Below, piece by piece: positions 1 to 8,523 of a DNA stretch of 32,000 nt. Numbering within the stretch: position 1 is the first letter of the stretch; each line of letters starts with the position of its first letter. The stretch comes from Pirellula staleyi DSM 6068 (lineage in GTDB: Bacteria; Planctomycetota; Planctomycetia; Pirellulales; Pirellulaceae). A program made the position numbers and the translations under genes. The notes under the pieces were generated by a model. The model searched no databases. It was not told the DNA's origin and saw only the letters and a list, made by a program, of their open reading frames with translations. The stretch is from NCBI GenBank assembly GCA_000025185.1, contig CP001848.1, positions 1,230,001 through 1,262,000 on the forward strand, given 5' to 3'.

Positions 1-88
1 ATATTCCTTAGAACCCAATGATTGATAAGTCATCGATTGAAAAACAAATAACTCAATCTTATTAGATGCAAAAGCATTCAATTAACTT

Positions 89-1249
89 CTAAGAAGTCGT
101 GGGGGTAGAAGAGGTCAATTTGGGTGCAAACTCGAGATCGTACAGCCGATAGGTCTTCGTAATTTTAGCCCCCGCCCTCTTGAGGGTTCCAAACGAGAGG
201 GAGTTGCTCTCGAGCACCCACGAGAACTCCGCTTCTTTAACACCCCACGCCAGTACCTCGGGCAACAGGCGGGCCACGATCACGAGCCCCAATCCCCAGC
301 GCTGATACTCGGGAACCACATTGGTGCTCAGCACGCGAATGCGGGTTAAAGCTCGGCGATTGAAGAGCAATTTGAGGAATCCGAAAGGGAACAGCCGCCC
401 CCCCATTTCTTTGATGCGGGGGTTATAGTCGAGCATGGCAAAGCAGGCCCCGAAAATCTTTCCATCGACTTCGCCAATTGTCGTCATCTCGGGGACGATC
501 AGCATTTTGAGCCCCTTCCCCATATGCTTCACTTCCGCATCGGAAAGTGGCACAAACCCCCAAGTGCCGACGAGCGATTGATTGTAGATATCGAGGAACG
601 TCTTCACATCTTCATTAAATCGATTACGGTCGAGGCGTCGCAGTTTGATATCAAACCGGCGATTACATTCCTCGACCACAAAGGTCAGTTTTTTGTCGAG
701 TCCGGCGATCATGTCGACGTGACCCCAGAAGGCATACAGGTCTTGCGTCTTCTGGAACCCAAAGCTTTCGATCAGCTCCCCGTAATAGGGTGGGTTATAG
801 GTCATCATGAAGGTGGGACTGGAGTCGAATCCATCGACCAACAGACCGCACTCGTAGTTGAGCGATGGATTGCACGGGCCACGTACGGCTGTCATCCCCT
901 GGGCCATCAGCCAATCGCGAGCTGCCGTGAAGAGAGCGTGGGCTGCCTCCTGGTCGTTCGTGCACTCGAAGAAGCCAAAAAAGCCTCGCTTCTCCTGATA
1001 CTGTCGGTTATGGGCGTGGTTCACGATCGCCGCGATCCGGCCGACCACTTTTCCGTCGCGTTTGGCCAGGAACGTTTCGATCTTGGCATCGTCGTAGAAG
1101 GGATGGCGGGTGTAGTTCACCATCTCTTTGGCCTGCATGCGCAGCGGTGGCACCCAGTACTGATCTCCCTTGTAAATCTGCCAAGGAAGATTCAGGAATT
1201 GGCGACGCTGCCACCACCACCGAACTGGTACGACCTCCAACTTGGACAT
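89..1249 (-). CDS. GNAT-fold N-acyltransferase-like protein (long form, 386 aa)
   Basis: Track ORF 89..1366. I prefer the internal ATG at 1249 (MSKLEVVPVRWWW...), which matches from memory the usual N-terminus of this long GNAT-like family (...LPWQIYKGDQYWVPPL). Motifs: VGRIAAIVNH, GFFGFFE, NPPYY, and an acetyl-CoA-type Q/R-x-x-G-x-G/A element (YQRWGLGLV) near the C-terminus. The opposite-strand ORF 524..1303 is an Arg/His-rich antisense shadow. Confidence 0.75.
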   Translation of the reverse strand: MSKLEVVPVRWWWQRRQFLNLPWQIYKGDQYWVPPLRMQAKEMVNYTRHPFYDDAKIETFLAKRDGKVVGRIAAIVNHAHNRQYQEKRGFFGFFECTNDQEAAHALFTAARDWLMAQGMTAVRGPCNPSLNYECGLLVDGFDSSPTFMMTYNPPYYGELIESFGFQKTQDLYAFWGHVDMIAGLDKKLTFVVEECNRRFDIKLRRLDRNRFNEDVKTFLDIYNQSLVGTWGFVPLSDAEVKHMGKGLKMLIVPEMTTIGEVDGKIFGACFAMLDYNPRIKEMGGRLFPFGFLKLLFNRRALTRIRVLSTNVVPEYQRWGLGLVIVARLLPEVLAWGVKEAEFSWVLESNSLSFGTLKRAGAKITKTYRLYDLEFAPKLTSSTPTTS

Positions 1250-1444
1250 GTTGCACGATCTTGGGAATTCACCCAGCTGGGGGAATGGAGAAGGGACTTT
1301 TGAAGACTTTGTGAAGTCCTCGGTGACTATACCCGGTTCGCTCGATTCGAGCGATATGGGCTGCACTCGGAGCCACGCCCCAGACGATCACGTGCTAGAT
1401 TGTAGGTACAGCACTTGATGGATCTGTGGGCAGGTTTGGCAACT

Positions 1445-2422
1445 ATGCGATATCTGGTGACCGGCGCTTCGGGACTCCTCGGAAATAACATTGTTCGGCA
1501 ACTCGTCGACCGAGGGGATGCTGTTCGTGTACTGATTCGCTCGACCAGCAACCGACGGGCGATCGCAGGCTTGCCACTCGAAATTGCGGAAGGGGACGTC
1601 ACCGACCGCGCTAGCGTGCAGCGTGCTTGCCGCGATGTCGACACGGTGATTCACGCCGCTGGGGATGTCTATATCGGCTGGCATCATCGGGAGCGCTCGT
1701 TCCGGGTGAACGTCGAAGGGACGCGTCACATGGCCACTTCCGCGCGGGAAGTGGGTGCTCGGCTCGTGCATGTCTCGACGATAAATGCCTTGGGTCTTGG
1801 AAAATTCGAGAACCCCGCCACCGAAGAAACCGCGCTCCCCGGCATTGTGGAGTGTCACTATGTCACCTCGAAGCGGGCCGCTGATGAGGTGGTGCGCGAA
1901 GAAGTTTCGCGCGGGCTCTGGGCAGCCATCGTCCATCCCTCGCTCATCTTTGGTCCTTACGACTGGAAACCCTCCTCCGGAAAAATGCTCATCGGTGTCA
2001 GTCAGTTCTCACTCTGGTCTCCCACCGGCGCGAACAACGTGGCCGATGCTCGCGACGTCGCGCGGGGAGTGATCTTGGCGGGCGAGCGTGGCACCAGTTG
2101 CCGCGACTATATCCTGGGTGGCACCAACATCTGGTACTTCGACTTCTGGGGACGCATCGCCAAAATCGCTGGCAAACCTGTACCACGCATCCCCATGGGG
2201 CCACTCTTCCGTTTTGCGATCGGCGGCGGTGGCGACCTCATCGCGATGCTCACGCGACAAGAGCAAACAGCCAACTCCGCGATGCTCGGCATGTCGGCCC
2301 AACAACACTGCTTCGATAGTTCCCGCGCGAAGAACGAACTGGGCTACACCATCCGACCACTCGACGAAACGCTCCGCGACACCTGGGACTGGATGGTCGC
2401 CGAAGGTTACATCAAGACGTAA
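1445..2422 (+). CDS. NAD-dependent epimerase/dehydratase family protein (extended SDR; dihydroflavonol-reductase/HpnA-like)
   Basis: Track ORF 1415..2422. The ATG at 1445 gives MRYLVTGASGLLG, placing the Rossmann GxxGxxG at the extreme N-terminus. Catalytic YxxxK = YVTSK. 325 aa. Divergent from the GNAT gene across a 195-nt gap. Confidence 0.85.
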   Translation: MRYLVTGASGLLGNNIVRQLVDRGDAVRVLIRSTSNRRAIAGLPLEIAEGDVTDRASVQRACRDVDTVIHAAGDVYIGWHHRERSFRVNVEGTRHMATSAREVGARLVHVSTINALGLGKFENPATEETALPGIVECHYVTSKRAADEVVREEVSRGLWAAIVHPSLIFGPYDWKPSSGKMLIGVSQFSLWSPTGANNVADARDVARGVILAGERGTSCRDYILGGTNIWYFDFWGRIAKIAGKPVPRIPMGPLFRFAIGGGGDLIAMLTRQEQTANSAMLGMSAQQHCFDSSRAKNELGYTIRPLDETLRDTWDWMVAEGYIKT

Positions 2423-2464
2423 TGCCAGTCGTCGTTTGAGCCGTTCCCACCACCGCTGCGACGG

Positions 2465-3250
2465 CTACTTGGCCGACATGCGCACACCTCCATCGAGCCG
2501 CAACGTGCAGCCGTTGATCAACGTGTTCTCGAAAATGTGCTCGACCAACTGAGCGAATTCATCAGGTTTTCCGAGTCGCCGAGGAAAGAGCGTTTGATCG
2601 ACCAGCGACTGCTGCACCGAGGCAGGAGCGGCGGCAATCATCGGCGTTTCCATCGCCGCGGGTGCAATGGCGACAACTCGCACACCAGCGCTGGCAAGTT
2701 CTCGAGCGGCTGGAAGCACCATCGATGCGACCGCTCCTTTCGAGGCAGCGTAGGCCAGTTGCCCGAGTTGTCCCTCGGTTGCGGCGACACTCGAAACGAG
2801 CACCAGCACACCGCGTTCGCCATCCGACGATGTTTCCGTTTCACGCGCGGCGCTCGCCAGGATCACGCGCGACGCCGCGCGCATCGCCAAGAAGGTGCCG
2901 GTCACATTCACACGCAGCACGCGTTCGAACGCGGCAGCATCGTGTGTCCGTCCCTCGCGGCCAATCAGCTTGTGGGCGTATAAAAGTCCCGCGCAAGTGA
3001 CGAGCCCCGTCAACTTGCCAAACTGGCTCACTCCCGCATCGGCCGCGCGATCGAGCTGCTCGTCGCTCGTCACATCGGCTTGCACAAAATGAGCCGCACT
3101 CCCCAGCGAGGCTGCCAGCGCGCTACCTTGCGTCGCATCGAGATCGACCAGCAACACTCGCGCGCCGAGCGCCACCAATCGCTCGGCTGTCGCGCGTCCG
3201 AGTCCCGAAGCGGCCCCTGTGATCATCACCACCGAGTTGTCGATCTTCAT
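2465..3250 (-). CDS. Classical short-chain dehydrogenase/reductase, type-II 3-hydroxyacyl-CoA dehydrogenase (HSD10)-like
   Basis: 261 aa. ITGAASGLG (TGxxxGxG), YAASK (YxxxK), C-terminal LNGCTLRLDGGVRM. End-to-end resemblance, from memory, to HSD10-type SDRs. AGGAG lies 9 nt upstream of the ATG at 3250. Confidence 0.9.
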   Translation of the reverse strand: MKIDNSVVMITGAASGLGRATAERLVALGARVLLVDLDATQGSALAASLGSAAHFVQADVTSDEQLDRAADAGVSQFGKLTGLVTCAGLLYAHKLIGREGRTHDAAAFERVLRVNVTGTFLAMRAASRVILASAARETETSSDGERGVLVLVSSVAATEGQLGQLAYAASKGAVASMVLPAARELASAGVRVVAIAPAAMETPMIAAAPASVQQSLVDQTLFPRRLGKPDEFAQLVEHIFENTLINGCTLRLDGGVRMSAK

Positions 3251-3291
3251 CGCACGCGACTCCTGGGGTGAGCGTCATCGCTTCGCCGCGA

Positions 3292-4548
3292 CTACTTCAC
3301 TTTCGTGGGCTCGTACGTCTTGTTGCGTGGATTCGCAATCAGCTTGGCCGAGATGATTTTGTCCGCTTCCGGTGGATTGGCACTTTGTGGATCGCGACGC
3401 TTGATGTTGTCGAGCGCCTCGAAACCTTCGACCACCCGACCAAAGCAAGTGTGACGACCATCGAGCTGCGTGGTCGGTACAAACGTGATGAAAAACTGCG
3501 AGCCACCCGTATCGCGCCCCGCATGAGCCATGCTCAAAGAGCCGCGAAAATGTCGGCGATAATTGGGCTGATGACATTCGCAGTAGATGTTGTAGCCCGG
3601 TCCGCCCGTCCCATCTCCCTTCGGGTCGCCACCCTGAGCCATGAAGCCAGGCAGGACGCGATGGAACGAAAGTCCGTCGTAAAATTTCTTGTTCACCAGG
3701 CTCACGAAATTCGCGACCGCTTGCGGCGCTTCGTTCTCGAACAGCTCGAGCACAATCTTGCCACTGGTGGTTTCGAGCTCCACGCGCGGCAGGTTCATCG
3801 CGGCTGCTTCACGAGCGCGAATCTCTTGCTCGGCGATCCACAGATTCTTGCGCTCGGCAATCGTCGGCAGCATCATCTTGGCATCGGGAGTGAGTTTGCC
3901 CGCAAGCTCTGCTTCCTTCAGCAGCGTTTCGGCAATCGGATAGTTATCGGTTTGATAAGCGGCAACACCCGCAAGGCAAGCGAGCACCGGATCGGTGCAA
4001 CCTTTTTCGCGCATCATGTTGGCCAGCGTAATCACCGCGTCGAACTTATCCTGACGCAGATCGAAACTCGCCAAACCGATCAGCACCTTCGTCGCTGCGG
4101 CATGCTTCGGATCTTGTGCAAACGCATCGCGAGCGGTGGTGCGCAGGTCTTTCAGCAGTGCTTCGGTTTGCGGCAGCAATTCGAGATAGGTCTTACGAGC
4201 ATTCTCGCGCTCCGTGGCATCGAGCGTGGCCCCATACTTGCGAGCCGCTGCTGCCAGCTTGCCATCAACTTCTTGATACGTGGCGTAGGTCTTTTCGAAC
4301 TTCGCCACCGCATCGCCGTCGGCTGCCGGTGCTTGATAAGCGACCTGCGAAATTGCGCCGTTCGTGGTGCTGCTCTTGGCAGCGCCAGGTGTCGCAGCCG
4401 AGCTGCTCACGTCGCTCTTCTGCGGCAGCGCTGCTGGCCCCGCCGTCACTTGCTCGGCTGTCGCGCACGAAGTCGAGCCAACCAGCCCCATCGTCATCAG
4501 TAAGGCCGACGCCACCGACTTCATTCCGCGAGCCACGAATCGAAACAT
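3292..4548 (-). CDS. Secreted peptidyl-prolyl cis-trans isomerase, cyclophilin type, with N-terminal helical domain (paralog A)
   Basis: 418 aa. N-terminal signal-like segment [22 protein letters not shown]-terminal cyclophilin core: [47 protein letters not shown] lies about 10 nt upstream of the ATG at 4548; an alternative ATG is at 4524. Confidence 0.9.
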   Translation of the reverse strand: MFRFVARGMKSVASALLMTMGLVGSTSCATAEQVTAGPAALPQKSDVSSSAATPGAAKSSTTNGAISQVAYQAPAADGDAVAKFEKTYATYQEVDGKLAAAARKYGATLDATERENARKTYLELLPQTEALLKDLRTTARDAFAQDPKHAAATKVLIGLASFDLRQDKFDAVITLANMMREKGCTDPVLACLAGVAAYQTDNYPIAETLLKEAELAGKLTPDAKMMLPTIAERKNLWIAEQEIRAREAAAMNLPRVELETTSGKIVLELFENEAPQAVANFVSLVNKKFYDGLSFHRVLPGFMAQGGDPKGDGTGGPGYNIYCECHQPNYRRHFRGSLSMAHAGRDTGGSQFFITFVPTTQLDGRHTCFGRVVEGFEALDNIKRRDPQSANPPEADKIISAKLIANPRNKTYEPTKVK

Positions 4549-4643
4549 GGGAGGTGCTTCCTGCTAAAAGACGAGCCAGCGACAACAGCGAACAACAAAG
4601 GACGAGCGAACACCAGCAACAACCTCAGACTAAGAACAATCGA

Positions 4644-5933
4644 CTACTGCACCTTCTTCGGTGCGTAGGCATGATCGCGCTTACGAACCACTTCCGCCTT
4701 CACAATCGTGTCGGGCGTGGGGAGTGGTGGTTCGCCTTGAGGATCGCGGCGCGTGATCTTCGCCAGGACATCCATCCCTTCAATCACACGGCCAAAGCAA
4801 GTGTGACGACCGTTCAAATTGCCGGTCGGACGGAACGTGATGAAGAACTGCGAGCCACCCGTATCACGCCCCGCATGAGCCATGCTCAGTGCGCCACGGA
4901 AGTGACGACGGTAGTTCTCTTGATGACATTCGCAGAAGATTTCGTAGCCCGGACCACCGGTGCCATCGCCCGAAGGATCGCCACCTTGAGCCATGAAGTT
5001 GGCCAGCACGCGATGGAACGAAAGTCCGTCGTAGAACTTCTTTTCCACGAGGCTGATGAAGTTGCCGACGGTGTCGGGAGCTTCGTTTTCGAACAGCTCG
5101 ATCACGATCGTGCCAGCCGATGTTTCGAACTTCACGCGTGGCAGATCATCGGCTTTCGCTTCGGCAGCGCGAATCTCTTTTTCTTTGTTCCAGAGCTCGA
5201 GTTGCTGCTTCACGTCGGTGGCAAATTCCTGACCGATGCGCGACAACGTTCCGGCCTCCGTCGCCAGCTGCAAGTACTTGTCGGCCAGATCGAATTCGCC
5301 CAGTGCGTAGGCGCTTACACCAGCCACGTCGTACACCGATTTGTCGTCGCAGTTGTTGGCGATCAGCGCTTTCGAAACTTCGAAGGCGAGTTCGTACTGA
5401 TCGGTCTGCACGTCGTCAGCCGCCAGCTTCACCAGAAAACGGGTCAGCTGAGGATCGGTATTCGGAGACGCGACATAAGCAGCGGTCGCTTTGGTGTGCA
5501 GTTCAGGGAGCAAGTCCTTGGCTGCTCCGAGCATCCGATTCCACTCTTCTTTGAGTCCGATCTGTTCGTCGGGCTTCGACGTCTGGTAGCGGATCTTCAA
5601 GGCACGCAGGTCCTTGAGCATCGTCTTCCAGCGACCCAGCACTTCGTCGAACGCTTGCTTCGCTTCAGGGTTTGGCGCTGGCGCTTCAGCGGCCGGTGCT
5701 TCAGCGGCTGGTGCCTCGGCAGCAGGAGCTTCCGCAGCGGGAACTTCGGTCGCCGGTTTCTTTTCGGGATCAGCAGCGGGCGCTTCCGCAGCAGGTGCCT
5801 CGGTGGCTGGCTTCTCGGCAACAGGTGGTTCCGCTACCGGCTCTTGAGCCAGCGCGAGCCCTGGCATGCAGACAGCCGCTGCTGCGAGCCCTCGAAACAT
5901 CAGAGCTCGACTGAAGTTAGAAATACGCATCAC
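4644..5933 (-). CDS. Secreted peptidyl-prolyl cis-trans isomerase, cyclophilin type, with Pro/Ala/Glu linker and helical domain (paralog B)
   Basis: 429 aa. Signal peptide MMRISNFSRALMFRGLAAAAVCMPGLALA|QE. PA/E-rich linker at aa 31-91. Same cyclophilin core as paralog A (107/136 identical in my hand alignment). Confidence 0.9.
   Translation of the reverse strand: MMRISNFSRALMFRGLAAAAVCMPGLALAQEPVAEPPVAEKPATEAPAAEAPAADPEKKPATEVPAAEAPAAEAPAAEAPAAEAPAPNPEAKQAFDEVLGRWKTMLKDLRALKIRYQTSKPDEQIGLKEEWNRMLGAAKDLLPELHTKATAAYVASPNTDPQLTRFLVKLAADDVQTDQYELAFEVSKALIANNCDDKSVYDVAGVSAYALGEFDLADKYLQLATEAGTLSRIGQEFATDVKQQLELWNKEKEIRAAEAKADDLPRVKFETSAGTIVIELFENEAPDTVGNFISLVEKKFYDGLSFHRVLANFMAQGGDPSGDGTGGPGYEIFCECHQENYRRHFRGALSMAHAGRDTGGSQFFITFRPTGNLNGRHTCFGRVIEGMDVLAKITRRDPQGEPPLPTPDTIVKAEVVRKRDHAYAPKKVQ
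5682..5741 (-). repeat. 4 x 15-nt in-frame tandem repeat encoding (PAAEA)4, inside a wider Pro/Ala/Glu low-complexity tract (5661..5843)
   Basis: Plus-strand units are cgcttcagcggccgg / tgcttcagcggctgg / tgcctcggcagcagg / agcttccgcagcggg. The reverse complement of each translates to PAAEA, with synonymous variation between units. Confidence 0.85.
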
Positions 5934-6496
5934 GTCATCCCCTACCTGAAAACCGAAAATTGGCGTCGTATGAAGTCGTTGAATATCGTGTCACGAAGTG
6001 GCGTTACAACCGAGCACTGCTGACCGCTGTTGCCGTATGCGATCCAGAAGCCGCTCGGTATCGAACAACCTGCTATTGAACCACGTTGTACATCACAGCC
6101 CAAGCGCACGGGTAGTTTTCCACCCGGCGACTTAGCCTCCGGCCGATCGGCGAGACCTTGCATTCCGGGCGCTCCCCTGCAACGATCCAGCGTCGGGCAG
6201 CCCCTGCCGCTGTGGCAAGCCGTGGCCTTGGGACAGCGTCGGCTGTGGCCCAAACCGAGCCGTGGGAAGTAGTTCCGTCGGGCACGAGCCGCAGCAGAAT
6301 ACCACCGACAGCCTTCTCCCGGAAAGCTGGCGAGGCGCATTTCGCCCCCTCCGGCACCGACTTCCCAGCACAAACCTACTACGAACGACCCCGGCGACCG
6401 GTTTTTACCAGTCTCACCAAAAAGCCACCTCCCCACACTTCACGCATCAAAACACGCTGATTACTGGCCAAGCTACCCAGACTACCGGAACATCGC

Positions 6497-7321
6497 ATGA
6501 AACCCCGTAAACCTCGCCCCGGCGGATCCAAGCCAGGCGCGCGCAAAGCGCAACAAGCGCAACATCACGCGCGCCCCTCGCGCGGGGAGGTCGATGTTAC
6601 CGCTGCCTACCTCGCCGGTCTGCCGGTCGATCAGGTCGACTCGGGTCAGGCGGACACTCCGGACCACGCCGGGGACAAATCCAAGAAGACGACCCGCGAA
6701 ACGGTCGGCATGCGGATCATCGGCGGCAAGCATCGGGGGCGGTCCCTCACCTACAGCGGCGATCTCCGGACCCGGCCGATGAAAGACCGCGTTCGCGAGG
6801 CTGTCTTCAACCTGATTGGGACCGACGTCGAGCAGGCGCTCATCATCGACCTGTTCGCCGGCACCGGCGCGCTGGCTCTCGAGGCCCTTAGCCGCGGCGC
6901 CCATCATGCCATCATGATCGAGCGGCATCATCCCACCACCAATCTCATCAAAGATAACCTCAAAACATTGGGGCTCACCGAGCAAGCAGAAGTGGTCTTT
7001 GGAGATGCTTTTCGCTTTACCAAAAAGTTTGATCCCGACCCCACAAACCCTAAATACTTAAGACGCTGGGTCGTGTTTTGCGCCCCACCTTATGATTTTT
7101 ATGTCTCGCGCGAAGAAGAGATGATGGAACTCCTCATCTTATGGCAAACGCGACTCCCCGAAGGTAGTTTGCTGGTCGTCGAGTCGGACGATCGCTCGGC
7201 CGAACTCGAGCTGCCAATTCTCGAAGAAATTGATGCCGAGTGGGAGAGCCGCAGCTATCCCCCTGCCATCATTTCGATCTTAGAAGTCCCCGGCACCGCT
7301 GAAGAAAGCATCGCAGAATAA
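6497..7321 (+). CDS. rsmD: 16S rRNA (guanine-N2)-methyltransferase RsmD-like
   Basis: MRIIGGKHRGRSL, RPMKDRVREAVFNLIG, SAM motif DLFAGTGALALEALSRGA, and PPY (FCAPPYDF). The catalytic module starts at the ATG at 6710 (203 aa, typical RsmD length). The upstream 71 codons (6497..6709) are basic and low-complexity but show GC3-biased codons, so the start is uncertain. Confidence 0.8.
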   Translation: MKPRKPRPGGSKPGARKAQQAQHHARPSRGEVDVTAAYLAGLPVDQVDSGQADTPDHAGDKSKKTTRETVGMRIIGGKHRGRSLTYSGDLRTRPMKDRVREAVFNLIGTDVEQALIIDLFAGTGALALEALSRGAHHAIMIERHHPTTNLIKDNLKTLGLTEQAEVVFGDAFRFTKKFDPDPTNPKYLRRWVVFCAPPYDFYVSREEEMMELLILWQTRLPEGSLLVVESDDRSAELELPILEEIDAEWESRSYPPAIISILEVPGTAEESIAE

Positions 7322-7467
7322 TACTTAGAAGATTTGATAGCGTACGCTTTAATGCTGAGTTTTATTTGCGTCAACCAGAACAGCCGCCAGCTATTTAGGT
7401 CATCAGCGCCGCATTAGAACTCAACGAAATCGCCTGTCACTTTTCCCTATCGAAAGCAGCTTTAGAG

Positions 7468-8418
7468 ATGGTACTCGGTCCCCTATCCGATCAACATTTC
7501 GCCGATCGACTTGTCTCCGCGATCATCCGCAAAGGGACTCCAGCCCTGGTGGGACTCGATCCTCGAGCGCAGAGCCTTCCTCCCGGCATGCTCGCCTCGC
7601 AAAGCCCGCACGATATCGCCGCCGCTTATCAAAAGTTTTGCTGCGAAGTGATCGACGTCGTCGCGCCGCTGGTAGCGGCCATCAAACCGCAAGCCGCTTT
7701 CTTCGAACAACTCGGCCCCGCTGGCTGCACGGCGCTGGCCGAAGTGATTCGCTACGGCGCTGCCAAACAGCTGCTGGTGATCGTCGATGGCAAACGGAAC
7801 GACATTGGAACGACAGCCGCCGCTTATGCCGACGCTTATCTTGGCCCTGGGGACTCGAGCCCGTGGGGTGGCGATGCCCTGACGGTGAGCCCATACCTGG
7901 GGGACGATAGTATCACGCCGTTTCTCAGCACCGCTCAGGCGCGTGGCGCGGGGATTTTTGTCCTCGTAAAGACCTCGAATCCAGGGGGCGGGCGTTTTCA
8001 AGATTTAGTGGCCGACGGCTTGCCACTCTATCGCCACGTAGCACGTTTTGTCGAAGAACTGGCCGATCAATCCAAGGGTGCCACCGGCTATGGAAGCGTC
8101 GGCGCTGTCGCCGGCGCCACCTACCCCGAGCAGCTCGCGGAACTTCGTTTTGCGATGCCTCACACCTGGCTGCTGATCCCTGGCTACGGCGCTCAAGGGG
8201 GAACCGCTGCCGACTGCGCCGCTGCGTTCGACGACGCTGGTCTCGGCGCGATTGTCAACAGCAGCCGCGGCATTACCTTCGCTTACGAGCGTTCGCAGTA
8301 CAGCCACCTGGCAGGCGCTCACTGGCAGCAAGCGGTCGAGCAAGCGACGCGCGACATGATCGCCGAATTCCGTACCCACACCTCCGCCGGCCGCTTGCCA
8401 TCCCCCAGCGGAAATTAG
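7468..8418 (+). CDS. pyrF: Orotidine 5'-phosphate decarboxylase, type 2
   Basis: 316 aa. LVGLDPR, IKPQAAFFEQ, VIVDGKRNDIGTTAAAY, DALTVSPYLG, VLVKTSNPG. The long-form (type 2) PyrF signature order is intact. Confidence 0.9.
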   Translation: MVLGPLSDQHFADRLVSAIIRKGTPALVGLDPRAQSLPPGMLASQSPHDIAAAYQKFCCEVIDVVAPLVAAIKPQAAFFEQLGPAGCTALAEVIRYGAAKQLLVIVDGKRNDIGTTAAAYADAYLGPGDSSPWGGDALTVSPYLGDDSITPFLSTAQARGAGIFVLVKTSNPGGGRFQDLVADGLPLYRHVARFVEELADQSKGATGYGSVGAVAGATYPEQLAELRFAMPHTWLLIPGYGAQGGTAADCAAAFDDAGLGAIVNSSRGITFAYERSQYSHLAGAHWQQAVEQATRDMIAEFRTHTSAGRLPSPSGN

Positions 8419-8443
8419 GGATTGTCTATCACTTCAAGAAACG

Positions 8444-8497
8444 AAAAAACGCCCTGCGATTATCGGTGAGTGATAAAGGCAGGGCGTTTGAGTTTTT
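8444..8497. terminator. Bidirectional rho-independent terminator between convergent pyrF and the small Tyr-rich gene
   Basis: Perfect 11-bp stem aaacgccctgc (8447-8457) / gcagggcgttt (8479-8489). An inner 5-bp extension pairs ttatc with gataa. Flanked by A6 upstream (8444-8449) and T5 downstream (8493-8497). Confidence 0.6.
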
Positions 8498-8523
8498 AAG
8501 TTGGTGCCGACAGGCGGCGGCTA

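Noticed and set aside
1250-1366. N-terminal extensions implied by track starts: 1250-1366, 13555-13665, 14820-14855, 16589-16633, 19675-19758, 25076-25273, 27001-27048
   Set aside because: Several begin at TTG/GTG, or precede signal peptides or family-typical N-termini that start at internal ATGs. Where checked (for example 13554), the internal ATG has an SD-like sequence. The extensions would bury the signal peptides.
3268-6023. Very long plus-strand ORFs (3268..4503, 411 aa; 4116..6023, 635 aa) covering both cyclophilin genes
   Set aside because: They are antisense shadows. The minus-strand frames carry unmistakable cyclophilin motifs and signal peptides. The plus-strand translations are Arg/His/Ala-rich, have no motifs, and are 'conserved' between the two copies only because they mirror the duplicated sense codons. 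Stop-poor antisense frames are expected in GC-rich DNA.
5942-6460. ORFs 5942..6436 (-, 164 aa), 6158..6460 (+, 100 aa) and others in the cyclophilin-rsmD gap
   Set aside because: The translations are Arg/Gly/Cys/Pro-rich with no hydrophobic periodicity, and several frames are open simultaneously. This is typical of GC-rich non-coding or RNA-structured DNA rather than a protein gene.
5934-6496. Checked by eye whether the long gap hides RNase P RNA, tmRNA, SRP RNA or a tRNA
   Set aside because: I could not find the conserved cores on either strand: GGAAAGUCCGG / ACAGAACCCGGCUUA for RNase P, a GGUUCGAUUCC-type T-arm for tmRNA or tRNA, or GGAAGCAGCC for SRP. No known-RNA call is therefore made. 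A covariance-model scan would be decisive.
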